From positions 1 through 48,780 of the forward strand of contig CANMWZ010000033.1 of assembly GCA_947501605.1 (NCBI GenBank): a stretch of 48,780 bases of DNA. The letters run 5' to 3'. This DNA is from Planctomycetota bacterium. Its GTDB lineage: Bacteria; Planctomycetota; UBA1135; UBA2386. Below are positions 9,895 through 18,825 of this stretch, in pieces. Below the pieces are notes generated by a model. That model was not told where the DNA came from, searched no databases, and saw only the letters and a program-made list of their open reading frames with translations. The position numbers were made by a program, and so were the translations under genes. How positions within the stretch are numbered: position 1 is the stretch's first letter; every line of letters starts with the position of its first letter.

Positions 9895-10731
9895 GTGCCC
9901 GACCTGATCGAGACTGCCGCCGCCTTCCCGAGCCAGGATCTGCTCGCCATCGGACTCGCTGCCACGTTGGTCATGCTGGCGCTGTGGCTGCGACAGCTGC
10001 AAACCAAGGACGCCACCAGTGTCGACGTCGGCTGGGCTGCGACCATCGGCGCCCTGGCGGTAGGCCTCGCCGCCTGCGGCAGTGGTTCCTGGCTGTCGCG
10101 CGGCCTGGCTGCCGGCACTGCGCTGGTCTGGAGTGGACGACTGTCGCTGCATATCCTGTTCGATCGGGTACTGCGCCACCGGGGCGAGGACGCGCGCTAC
10201 GCCGCCTTGCGGGAGCACTTCGGGCCGCGCGCCGCTCAGCGCTTCGTCTGGGTCTACTTGATGCAGGGTGGCCTGGCCTTCCTGTTCGCCACGCCGTTCC
10301 TGGTACTGGTACACCATGATGCCACGGCCCTCGCTCCGATCCAGATTGGTGGCGCCTGCTTGTTTGTCTTCGGACTCGGATTGGAATCTACCTCCGACCG
10401 CTACTTGGCCGCGCATCGCCGCGACCCAAGACAGCGCGGACTTGCCTGCCGCAGCGGCCCGTGGCGCTTCAGCCGCCATCCGAACTACTTCGGAGAATGG
10501 CTGGTCTGGTGCGGCATTGGTGCGATCGCCAGCCCCTCTCCCTACGGCGAACTCGCGTGGCTTGCGCCCGCGCTGATGCTGGTGATGGTGCGCTTCGTCA
10601 GCGGCGTGCCCTGGGCCGAGCGCCAGTCGCTGAAGAGTCGAGGTGACGACTACCGCGTCTACCAGCGTGAGACCAACTGCTTCTTCCCATGGTGGCCGCG
10701 GCGCGTCGATGCCGCCAAAGGAACCTCGTGA
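9895..10731 (+). CDS. DUF1295 membrane protein (steroid 5-alpha-reductase-like)
   Basis: VDVGWA, GEDARY, GPWRFSRHPNYFGEW, YQRETNCFFPW. Confidence 0.92.
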   Translation: MPDLIETAAAFPSQDLLAIGLAATLVMLALWLRQLQTKDATSVDVGWAATIGALAVGLAACGSGSWLSRGLAAGTALVWSGRLSLHILFDRVLRHRGEDARYAALREHFGPRAAQRFVWVYLMQGGLAFLFATPFLVLVHHDATALAPIQIGGACLFVFGLGLESTSDRYLAAHRRDPRQRGLACRSGPWRFSRHPNYFGEWLVWCGIGAIASPSPYGELAWLAPALMLVMVRFVSGVPWAERQSLKSRGDDYRVYQRETNCFFPWWPRRVDAAKGTS

Positions 10732-11756
10732 GTCTGTCCGAACGCCTGCTCGAACGCGGCCTGTTGCCCGACTTCGTCATTCGCTACGGCATCCGTCGCC
10801 TGCTCCGCGACCGCTTGCGCGTCCAGCACGTGGACGATCCCGAACGAGTACAGCGCGACCTCATGGCGCACATCGCTGCCTGCGCCACCGCGCCGATTGC
10901 GACGGCGACCAAGGCCGCCAACGAGCAGCACTATGAGGTGCCAGCGGCGTTCTACGCCAAGGTCCTCGGCCCGCATCGCAAGTACAGCTCAGGCCTCTGG
11001 GACGACACTGCGACCACGCTGGCGAGCAGCGAGGCCAAGATGCTCGCAACGACTTGCGAGCGGGGCCAACTCCAGGACGGCATGCACGTCCTCGACCTCG
11101 GCTGCGGCTGGGGCTCGCTGTCGATGTGGATCGCGCGGCACTACCCAAACTGCAAAGTGCTCGGCGTCAGCAACTCCAACAGTCAGCGGCAGGACATCCT
11201 CGCGCGCGCGCAGAGTGAAGGGCTGCACAACCTCGAGATCGTCACGAATGACGCCAACCACTTCACGCCCGGACGCACGTTCGACCGCGTGTTCTCGGTC
11301 GAGATGTTCGAGCACATGCAGAACTGGCACCTCCTGCTGGCGCGCATCGCCAGCTGGCTCGCGCCCGAGGGCCGCATGTTCTTGCACATCTTCACCCATC
11401 GCACGGCGGGCTACTCGTTCGTAGCAGACGGCGACGGGGACTGGATGGCGCGTCAGTTCTTCACCGGCGGACAGATGCCGGCCGACAGTCAGATCCTCTA
11501 CCTGCAAGACCACATGGCAGTCGAGGAACACTGGCGCGTCAACGGCACGCACTACCAGCGCACCAGCGAAGCGTGGCTGGTCAACATGGACCGCGCTCGC
11601 GACGAGCTGTGGCCGCTGTTCGAACAGACCTACCAAGCCCGGGCAACGGCCATGTGGCACGGCTGGCGCACGTTCTTCATGGCGTGCGCGGAGTTGTGGG
11701 GATTTGACTCTGGCCGCGAGTGGTTCGTATCGCACTACCGGCTCAAGAAGCGCTGA
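10728..11756 (+). CDS. SAM-dependent methyltransferase, cfa / coclaurine N-methyltransferase-like
   Basis: ANEQHYEVP, LGPHRKYSS, LDLGCGWGSL, SVEMFEHM, WRTFFMACAELWG; GTGA overlap with DUF1295. Confidence 0.92.
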   Translation: MSLSERLLERGLLPDFVIRYGIRRLLRDRLRVQHVDDPERVQRDLMAHIAACATAPIATATKAANEQHYEVPAAFYAKVLGPHRKYSSGLWDDTATTLASSEAKMLATTCERGQLQDGMHVLDLGCGWGSLSMWIARHYPNCKVLGVSNSNSQRQDILARAQSEGLHNLEIVTNDANHFTPGRTFDRVFSVEMFEHMQNWHLLLARIASWLAPEGRMFLHIFTHRTAGYSFVADGDGDWMARQFFTGGQMPADSQILYLQDHMAVEEHWRVNGTHYQRTSEAWLVNMDRARDELWPLFEQTYQARATAMWHGWRTFFMACAELWGFDSGREWFVSHYRLKKR

Positions 11757-11811
11757 ACCGGATCGCAGCGCGCGGGCCCAGGAACGCCCGGCGCAACGTT
11801 CGATCGCCCGT

Positions 11812-11849
11812 CTTCAGGGTCTCTGCTTCAGGGTCTCCCTTTCAGGGCC
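11812..11849. repeat. Three tandem 14-bp-period direct repeats (core TTCAGGG)
   Basis: CTTCAGGGTCTC at 11812 and 11826, TTTCAGGGCC at 11840, between convergent genes. Confidence 0.6.
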
Positions 11850-11855
11850 GCGTCG

Positions 11856-12923
11856 TCAGCCAATCGGCGCCAGGCGGTGCGCCGCCAGCACAGCGGCTTC
11901 GGCGTCGCCAGCGCCAGCCTCGGCGCCGAGTCGGAGGTGCAGGTCCGGTATGCGTGCGAACGGTGCACCACCCAGGAGGATCGGCGATTTGCCGTGAAGG
12001 TCCCGATCGCGCAGCTCGACCAGCGACCGCGCTTGCCCCAGATGCAGCAGCATGGTCGCGGACACGGCGAGCAGGTCGCACGGCCGATCGCCGATTGCCC
12101 ACGGCAAGTCGCTCGCTGGCAGGTCGGCGCCGAGGTTGGTGACGCGATATCCCGCGAGTTGGAGCCGCTGCGCGATGACGCGGACGCCGAGTTCATGCAG
12201 ATTGCCCTGCACGGCGAAGGCAACGACATGTGGCGCGGTCGGGGACGGTCGTGCAACCCGCTCCTGCAACATCAACAACACCTGCCCAGCAAGCTGGCTG
12301 GCAAAGTGCTCGTCGGCAATCGGAGCTTCGCCGAGCATCCACATGTGGCCGACTTCCCGTTGCGCAGGCGCGAGCACATGGTCATGGATCGCCGCAACCG
12401 AAGCGCCTCCGCGAATCGCCTCACGAACGATATCCAGCGCTTCGTCGCCGTTGCCTTCGAGCATCGCCAGCAAGAAGCGCTGAGCTACGAGCGTGTACGC
12501 CGAGGGTGCTTCGATCGGACTCGGCGGCACGCTGGGCACCGCGAGCGCGGACCGACGCGCGAGCGCGAGCACCGGCGCGATCACGACCTCGGCGCCTTGA
12601 GGTAACTCGCGGACGAGCACCTCGCACAACGCATCAATCGTGGCCGCAAGGTAGTCATCGGCAACGCCGCGGCGCGACAGGGCTGTGCGGTACCAAACCA
12701 CGGCGTCGGTGAACAGCAGGGGCGCGTCCACCGCGATGGCCTCGGCGAGCTGGAGGATCCGTACTTCGATGTCCGCGTCCGGCGAGGCGAAGGACTCTGG
12801 CAGCGCGGTCATCACGAAGCCGGGGCGCTGCACCTCCATGGCAACCACGGTTGCGCGAGCGAGGGCGCGCGCCGAGCGACGCAACATGTCGGCGACACTT
12901 CGGGGATTGGCCATGGCGAGCAA
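11856..12923 (-). CDS. Cobalamin (B12)-binding domain protein without HTH (start may be TTG 12923 or ATG 12914)
   Basis: VGHMWMLGEAPIADEH (W...EH), GNLHELG (His ligand), LGADLP, LLAVSAT, ILLGG as in CarH/LitR/AerR-type B12 modules; helical N-terminal domain. Confidence 0.88.
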   Translation of the reverse strand: MLAMANPRSVADMLRRSARALARATVVAMEVQRPGFVMTALPESFASPDADIEVRILQLAEAIAVDAPLLFTDAVVWYRTALSRRGVADDYLAATIDALCEVLVRELPQGAEVVIAPVLALARRSALAVPSVPPSPIEAPSAYTLVAQRFLLAMLEGNGDEALDIVREAIRGGASVAAIHDHVLAPAQREVGHMWMLGEAPIADEHFASQLAGQVLLMLQERVARPSPTAPHVVAFAVQGNLHELGVRVIAQRLQLAGYRVTNLGADLPASDLPWAIGDRPCDLLAVSATMLLHLGQARSLVELRDRDLHGKSPILLGGAPFARIPDLHLRLGAEAGAGDAEAAVLAAHRLAPIG

Positions 12924-12932
12924 AGGTCAGGT

Positions 12933-12959
12933 TTCGTCGGCCCGAGTCCCTGGGATGCA
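12933..12959 (-). promoter_or_regulatory. Putative ECF promoter TGCATCC-N16-CGAA (B12-binding gene)
   Basis: One of four identically spaced copies. Confidence 0.8.
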
Positions 12960-12961
12960 CA

Positions 12962-12988
12962 TGCATCCAATGGCGGAACTGCGGCGAA
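12962..12988 (+). promoter_or_regulatory. Putative autoregulatory ECF promoter TGCATCC-N16-CGAA (sigma/anti-sigma)
   Basis: Back-to-back with the previous copy; points toward the sigma gene. Confidence 0.78.
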
Positions 12989-13242
12989 ACCACCGGGCGA
13001 TACAGGCAACCGCCGCCCAGAGGCGTTTCTGACGATACACGCCGCCAACCATGCCTTCGCCCCAGATTCTCGACACTAGCGCCCAGTGCGCGCAGAGGAT
13101 CACGGGACCAAGCGGCGCGCACCCTCGCCGCGAGTCGCGCGGTAAAACGCGCCGTCGATCGGCTGGCATGACGCGCTCCCCGTCGAAGTCATCGTGCACA
13201 ATGGGCGACTCGCCGCTAGCTTCTCCGCCCCGCAATCCTCGC

Positions 13243-13803
13243 ATGGACACCCCACTGCTCGCACAGATTGCCGCCGGCCGCCCTGGCGCCGTCGAGAACT
13301 TCTTGCGACAGCACGGCAACTCGGTTTGGGGCCTCGCCCGCCGCTTCTGTCGCTCGGCCGAAGATGCCGAGGACGCGACGCAGGAGATCCTGGTCGAGAT
13401 CTGGCGCAACGCCGCCCGCTACAACCAAGACATGGGCAGCGAACTCACGTTCGTCATGACCATCGCCAGGCGGCGGCTGATCGACCGCACGCGCCGACTG
13501 GGTCGCCGACCAACGGTCGAGCTCTTGCAAGAAGCCGGCGATCTGCCGGCAGCGCCGCCCAAAGTAGATGCCGCTGAGTTTGACGACGAAGTTCGACGCG
13601 CTCAGGCCGCGATGCAGCAACTGCGGCCCGAACAGCGTCAAGTACTCGAGCTCGCGCTGACCGACGGCCGCACCCACCACGAGATCGCCATCTCGATCGG
13701 CATTCCCCTCGGCACCGTGAAAAGCCACGCGCGACGTGGCTTGATCCGGCTGCGCGCACTTCTTGGTGTCCAAGGGCCGCACGATGAGGGGGCTCAGTCG
13801 TGA
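13243..13803 (+). CDS. ECF RNA polymerase sigma factor (SigK-like)
   Basis: DAEDATQEILVEIW, TIARRRLIDR, THHEIA..IGIPLGTVKSHARRGL; start could be 13201. Confidence 0.95.
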   Translation: MDTPLLAQIAAGRPGAVENFLRQHGNSVWGLARRFCRSAEDAEDATQEILVEIWRNAARYNQDMGSELTFVMTIARRRLIDRTRRLGRRPTVELLQEAGDLPAAPPKVDAAEFDDEVRRAQAAMQQLRPEQRQVLELALTDGRTHHEIAISIGIPLGTVKSHARRGLIRLRALLGVQGPHDEGAQS

Positions 13804-14537
13804 ACGAGAACCAGAAGGAACCACTGGCCGACGCGGTCTTGGACGCCTGGGAACTCGGCGCCCAGGTCGACTACTCGGTCGCCGGCGCCGACCTCGTCGC
13901 GCGACGCGAACTGGAGCAGTTGGAGTCGACAGCGATTCTCGCGGCCACGGCGATCGCCGTGGCGCAAGCAGCCAAGGAGCCGATGCGGGCCGCCTTCGCG
14001 ATGCGCTTGACCGAGCTTGGACGCGAGTTCACCGCAGCCGCAGCACCAAGGGCTACTGCCGGGCGACGCCGTCCGATTGGTGCCTCGTTTTGGCTGGGAC
14101 TCGCCGCCGGCTTTGCAGTCGCATGGCTCGGCTTCGGCCGCACCGCGGACGCTGCGCCCGAGACCCTTCGTGAACAACTCATGCAGCAGGCTCGCTACGC
14201 CTCGGTTGCCTGGCAGCCTGGGTCGAGCCAAACGCACGGCCTGCCCCACGGGGATGTCGTCTGGTGCAAAGAGCGCCAGGAAGGATATCTCCGGATCGAG
14301 GGCCTCGAGCCATTGCCCGAAGGCCACCAGTACCAACTCTGGATCGTCGACGCCAACCGCGTCGGTGCCCCGGTGGACGGTGGACTGTTCGACCTCACGC
14401 GTACGGGCGAGCACGTGGTCCCGATCCAAGCCCGACTCCCGGTCAACGAAGCCAAGGCCTTCGTCGTGACCGTTGAGCAGCGCGGCGGCGTAGTTGTCAG
14501 TGAGCAGAAGGACGTCGTCGCCATCGCGACTCTCTGA
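13800..14537 (+). CDS. Membrane-anchored anti-sigma factor, RskA-type C-terminal domain
   Basis: Coupled to sigma (GTGA); TM FWLGLAAGFAVAWLGF; YQLWIVD, PVDGGLFD, AFVVTVEQRGGV. Confidence 0.88.
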   Translation: MNENQKEPLADAVLDAWELGAQVDYSVAGADLVARRELEQLESTAILAATAIAVAQAAKEPMRAAFAMRLTELGREFTAAAAPRATAGRRRPIGASFWLGLAAGFAVAWLGFGRTADAAPETLREQLMQQARYASVAWQPGSSQTHGLPHGDVVWCKERQEGYLRIEGLEPLPEGHQYQLWIVDANRVGAPVDGGLFDLTRTGEHVVPIQARLPVNEAKAFVVTVEQRGGVVVSEQKDVVAIATL

Positions 14538-14679
14538 TCAGGCGCTTGGCACGAGCCAAAGGCCTTCTAGCCGGCGGCACAACGGCTTCGTCGCGGAGTG
14601 CCCGGCAGACTGCCAACGGGCCGCGCCGACACGTCGCTGGTCACCTTGGTCGACGGTCTGAGTTCCGCTCGCTTGCTGC

Positions 14680-14708
14680 TTGCGCGAGGATCCGGCGCTC
14701 CCTATGGT
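14680..14708 (+). promoter_or_regulatory. Putative sigma-70 promoter of tRNA-Phe (TTGCGC-N17-TATGGT)
   Basis: 17-nt spacing followed by GC-rich discriminator CCGCGCC. Confidence 0.5.
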
Positions 14709-14749
14709 CCGCGCCTCGCACAGGAGCCCGCAAGGGATCGCTGTGCCGA

Positions 14750-14825
14750 GGGCAGGTAGCTCAGTTGGTAGAGCATGGCATTGAAAATGCCAGGGTCGCC
14801 GGTTCAACTCCGGCCCTGCCCACCA
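14750..14825 (+). tRNA. tRNA-Phe (GAA)
   Basis: 76 nt; GGGCAGG/CCTGCCC acceptor stem, D arm AGCTCAGTTGGTAGAGC, TGGCA-TTGAAAA-TGCCA anticodon arm, GTTCAA T loop, encoded CCA. Confidence 0.97.
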
Positions 14826-15111
14826 CTTAGACGCGAGTCGCGGGGTGCAGTCGGTACCTTCTCGCAGGCTCACCGCTCCCTGGTTTGGCCTTGGCCGTAT
14901 GGACCGCCCAGTCGGGTGCACCTCACTCGTGGCGCTGCCCACCAAGCGATGCCGCTGCAGCAACCGGCCGTTGCTCGACGCATCCTGTCCGCGTCGCCGG
15001 CAACCGAGTCGATCTCGGCGTCGTGCGAGCCACGTCGCCTTCCGGTCATGGGGAGTTCGTTAGACTCCGTGTCGTCGCCGCCCGCCCCTGTCGCCCAACC
15101 TCGGTACTCGC

Positions 15112-15945
15112 ATGCTCGCACTGCTGCTCGCCGTGTCCACGTTCGTCACCGTCCCCACTTCGCCCCATGCACGCGCGCCGCAGGATGTCCCGTTCGCCAA
15201 GGCTGGCACCAACCGCGACCCCAGCCAGCGCTTCCTCGACCTCGGCTCCAAGCTCGACCAGAAGGGCTTTGCGGTGGTCCTTGGCACGCTGAGCAAGGCC
15301 AAGGAGAGCAAGCGGGAGAAACTCGAGGACGGCAAGCTCGGCGGTGCCTCGATGGTGTCGGTCGTCTCGGGCACTCAGTGGTTCAAGACGCAGGTCACCG
15401 GGACGATGCTCGTGCGCGAACTGCTGTATGGCACCTTGCCCCAGAAGACTGCGATCCAGTTCGAGCAACAGGTCGCGCGGCTGCCCGACGGCAAGGAGAA
15501 GCGACAACTGCGCGATGACAGCGGCGCAGAACTCGTCGAAGGTACATTGGGCGCATTCGTCGTCGAGCTCGGCGCCAAAGGAATGCCCTTGCAGCTCGTG
15601 CGATTCGTGCCCTTTGACTCGAGCAACTACGCCAGCACCGACGCGGAAGCTGCCTTTGCCGAGGAAATGACAGACATGGTCGCCGTGAACGTGCATGTCG
15701 CAGCGCTGCGCCAGCGGCTCACGATGCTCGACGAAGCCCGCGACGAAGCGGCAGCCAAGGGCGCACGCGAGGCGCTGACGGACCAGCTCGGCAAACGGCC
15801 GACGATGAAGCGGACTGAAGACGAGATCCTGTTGACCGTGCACGCCGCACCGCTCGAGCAACGCGCACAGAAGGCACTGGATGCCGCTGCGAAGTCAGCC
15901 GAGACCACAGGAAAGAGCGGCAGCGACGCTGGCAAGGACGACTAG
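15112..15945 (+). CDS. Hypothetical exported protein
   Basis: Signal-like N-terminus MLALLLAVSTFV; natural composition; helical charged C-terminus. Confidence 0.75.
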   Translation: MLALLLAVSTFVTVPTSPHARAPQDVPFAKAGTNRDPSQRFLDLGSKLDQKGFAVVLGTLSKAKESKREKLEDGKLGGASMVSVVSGTQWFKTQVTGTMLVRELLYGTLPQKTAIQFEQQVARLPDGKEKRQLRDDSGAELVEGTLGAFVVELGAKGMPLQLVRFVPFDSSNYASTDAEAAFAEEMTDMVAVNVHVAALRQRLTMLDEARDEAAAKGAREALTDQLGKRPTMKRTEDEILLTVHAAPLEQRAQKALDAAAKSAETTGKSGSDAGKDD

Positions 15946-16188
15946 GACCATACAAAGGTCCGGGCCTGCGGTCCGTCCTGGCTCCGCGTCAAGCTCGCCG
16001 CCAACGAGGCCCCCCCCGAACACCGCACCTTGGCGGTGGCTCCGCTGCCCCATCAGGAGAATGGGCAGACGAGCCGATGGAGGGCACTCTCCCATGACTC
16101 GTTCCATGGGCGGCGGACGGACTGCGCGGCGTTGCGCACCTAGCCGGCCCGTTGCGAACGGCAGCTGCTGGACACCGTGCTCGATGCC

Positions 16189-16770
16189 ATGCCTTCCCCG
16201 GCGATAGAATCCCAACCCGACCTGCTGCACATGCTAGTGCAGGACCACCTGTTGAGCCGGTCCGTACTCGATGCGATGGAGCAACGCTGTGTCCAAGAAC
16301 GAGCGGGGCGGCCGCTGCAGGTAGCGTTCTGGCTGCAAGTGCTCGACTACTTCGATGGCTACTTCGACCGCGTGCATCACTGCGTCGAAGACGAACTCCT
16401 GCTACCGCGGCTCGCGCTCGAGGGCTTTGCCGCGAACGGCTCGGACGTGCGCCAAATGATGCAGGAGCACGAGCGGATGACATCTTTCCGGCAACACCTA
16501 CGGCACGCGCTGGGCCAGCGCGCTCGTGGCGGGCTGCACGCGATCGTCCAGGCCTTCGTCGCCTTGCACCGCCAACACCTCGCGCACGAAGAGCAGCATG
16601 TGTTCGCGCTGGTACGGACGATGCTCTCCAAGGCGGTGCAGTACGAGCTCGCTCAGGATCTCGAACTGCGCGCGGCCGCCAACGCCAGCGAACGCGCGGC
16701 CGCCGAGCTTCTCGTTGCCTCGCTTCGCCAGCAGGTCGATCGCGCCCCGCCCACGCAACCACGGAGTTGA
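16189..16770 (+). CDS. Hemerythrin/HHE cation-binding domain protein
   Basis: LVQDH, HHCVEDELL, MMQEH, HLAHEEQHVF pattern. Confidence 0.85.
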   Translation: MPSPAIESQPDLLHMLVQDHLLSRSVLDAMEQRCVQERAGRPLQVAFWLQVLDYFDGYFDRVHHCVEDELLLPRLALEGFAANGSDVRQMMQEHERMTSFRQHLRHALGQRARGGLHAIVQAFVALHRQHLAHEEQHVFALVRTMLSKAVQYELAQDLELRAAANASERAAAELLVASLRQQVDRAPPTQPRS

Positions 16771-16831
16771 GCCTGCGATCTCGCCCCGAGCTCTCCTTGT
16801 GCGGTGTGCCACATCGCGCGATCCTGCTCCG

Positions 16832-17373
16832 ATGGACCCGGCGATCTCGCTGAGCCACGGGCCAGCCATTGGCGCCGATGCTCGCGCTCGACTGCGGATC
16901 GCCGAGGCAGCGCGCGCTACCGGACTGCTGGCAGGTGCACAAGAGGCGAACGCCGCGATGGTCCGAGCCTCGTCGCGGCTGTGCCTTTCGGTGGAACACG
17001 GCGACTACAACGGCACGAGCCTGTTCGGCACCGGAATCGATCGCTTCTTGTGGCTCGCGTGCGCGGCCAACGATCTGGGCGTGGTGCGGATGTTCAGCAC
17101 CGACATGCCGAATGAGCGGGTCGTGTCGTTTGTGGTCCCGAGCTCGAGACGATGTGCGACCTCGTGCGCGACAGGCCAGGTGTCCACGGCGAACGCATGA
17201 TCGGTGGCGGCGATTGTGGAACGAGCGGGGCAATCGTCCTCCTCGGCGCTGCCGCCAGCGTGCGGGCGCACGTCGAGTGCGAGTACCCACGGCTGCAGCC
17301 CGCCTTTGCTACGAGCTTCGCCACACATGAGTGCCGCATGGCTGATGGGCTCACCCTGTTGCCTCTTTGGTGA
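16832..17373 (+). pseudogene. Galactokinase-like (GHMP kinase) gene with large internal deletion and frameshift
   Basis: N-terminal RASSRLCLSVEHGDYNG..GIDR in one frame; C-terminal PELETMCDLVRDRPGVHGERMIGGG in another; middle of the protein absent. Confidence 0.7.
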
Positions 17374-17431
17374 TGGCTACGACGGGACACGCCGCTCGCG
17401 ACGGCGACGGGAGCCGCCTACGCTCTGACCA

Positions 17432-18811
17432 ATGTCGTCTGCTCGGTTGCCGCTGTGGTTCCTCGTAGCAAACTGGGTTGTCGTCTGTGCGGCCTTCGTG
17501 CTCGGCATCGTACTCGGACGCCGCACGCCGCTCCCGGATCCCCAGGCAACCGCGATCCGCATCGTCTACGACGAGATCCAACGATCCTACGTGGACCAAG
17601 TCGATGGTCCCGCCATGCTCGATCGCGCGATCGCGGCGATGGCGCGGCTCGACGACTACAGCCGCTACATCCCACAACTCGAAGTGCCGCGCTTCGTCGA
17701 AGAGACGACCGGCACCTACGAGGGCATCGGCGTAGTGCTGCATTTCGCCGAAGACGGCGTGTTCGTCCGCATCCCCGTGGACGGCGGCCCTGGCGACCGC
17801 GCCGGCCTCATGCCCGGCGACCTCGTGGTGTCGATCGACGGCACGCGGATCGCCGATCTCGCCGCGCGCGAGCGCACCCAACTCGCCGAGGAGCGACTGC
17901 GCGGCGCAGCTGGTTCGCACGTGACCATCGTAATCGCGCGCGACGGCGAGGAACGGACGATGGACGTCGAACGCGCAGCCGTGCAGAAGAGCAGCGTCAA
18001 GTGGGCGCAGATGCTCGATGCCGATCGCGGCCTCGGCTACGTGCATCTCGCCGACTTCCACCCCGGCTCGCAAAAGGCTCTCGCTCGCGAACTAGAGACG
18101 CTCGGCAAGACCCACGGCGGCCTGCGCGGTGTCGTGCTCGACCTGCGGTTTGACCTCGGTGGCAGCCTCGACGAAGCCGTCGCCATCGCTCGCATGTTCG
18201 TCGAAGCAGGCAACATCGTGTCGCTGCGGCGGCGCGACAGCGAAGTGCTGGAGCGTTTCGATGCCGACACGACGCAATGCACGTTTCCCGACCTGCCGAT
18301 GGTCGTGATCGTCAACGAGAGTTCGGCCAGCGCCAGCGAAGTGCTGGCGGGTGCCCTGCAGGACCACGCGCGGGCGGCGATCGTCGGCACGGCGACGTAC
18401 GGCAAGGGCGTCGTAAACACGATCTACGAGTGGCACGGCCAGCCCTTCCGTCTCAAGCTGACGACCGCGCGCTACTTCACACCGAGCGGGCGCAACCTGG
18501 ATCGCGGCAGGCACCGCAACGGCACCCCGACCACCGCCAAGCGCGAGGCTACCAGCACAGCCGAGAGCGCGGCGTCGACGGACAAGGGCGGCGGCATTCA
18601 CCCTGATCGCGAGCAAGCGCTCGACGACGCGGTCCAAGAAGCCGCGCAGCGGGCGCTGGCCGAGTTCCCCGTGCCCGAGCATCACCGCGACGCACTCACA
18701 CGGTGGGCATTGGCACGAAACTCACGCGTTCCCGGCATCCTTTTGCCAAGCGAGGATCGCCAACTGCAGGTAGCGATCGAAGTGCTGCGCGAACGCATCG
18801 GCGGCGGGTAG
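17432..18811 (+). CDS. ctpA: S41 carboxy-terminal processing protease
   Basis: LDDYSRY, GIGV PDZ domain, LDLRFDLGG, SASASEVLAGALQD, TYGKG, TARYFTPSG. Confidence 0.92.
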   Translation: MSSARLPLWFLVANWVVVCAAFVLGIVLGRRTPLPDPQATAIRIVYDEIQRSYVDQVDGPAMLDRAIAAMARLDDYSRYIPQLEVPRFVEETTGTYEGIGVVLHFAEDGVFVRIPVDGGPGDRAGLMPGDLVVSIDGTRIADLAARERTQLAEERLRGAAGSHVTIVIARDGEERTMDVERAAVQKSSVKWAQMLDADRGLGYVHLADFHPGSQKALARELETLGKTHGGLRGVVLDLRFDLGGSLDEAVAIARMFVEAGNIVSLRRRDSEVLERFDADTTQCTFPDLPMVVIVNESSASASEVLAGALQDHARAAIVGTATYGKGVVNTIYEWHGQPFRLKLTTARYFTPSGRNLDRGRHRNGTPTTAKREATSTAESAASTDKGGGIHPDREQALDDAVQEAAQRALAEFPVPEHHRDALTRWALARNSRVPGILLPSEDRQLQVAIEVLRERIGGG

Positions 18812-18825
18812 TCTTGTCGCCCCCC

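Noticed and set aside
14750..14825. tRNA-Phe as an island integration site
   Set aside because: No integrase and no duplicated tRNA 3' end noticed in the window.
16068..16103. Fluoride riboswitch resemblance (GATGGAG...ATGACTC)
   Set aside because: Pseudoknot pairing and spacing do not fit, and there is no fluoride-related gene downstream.
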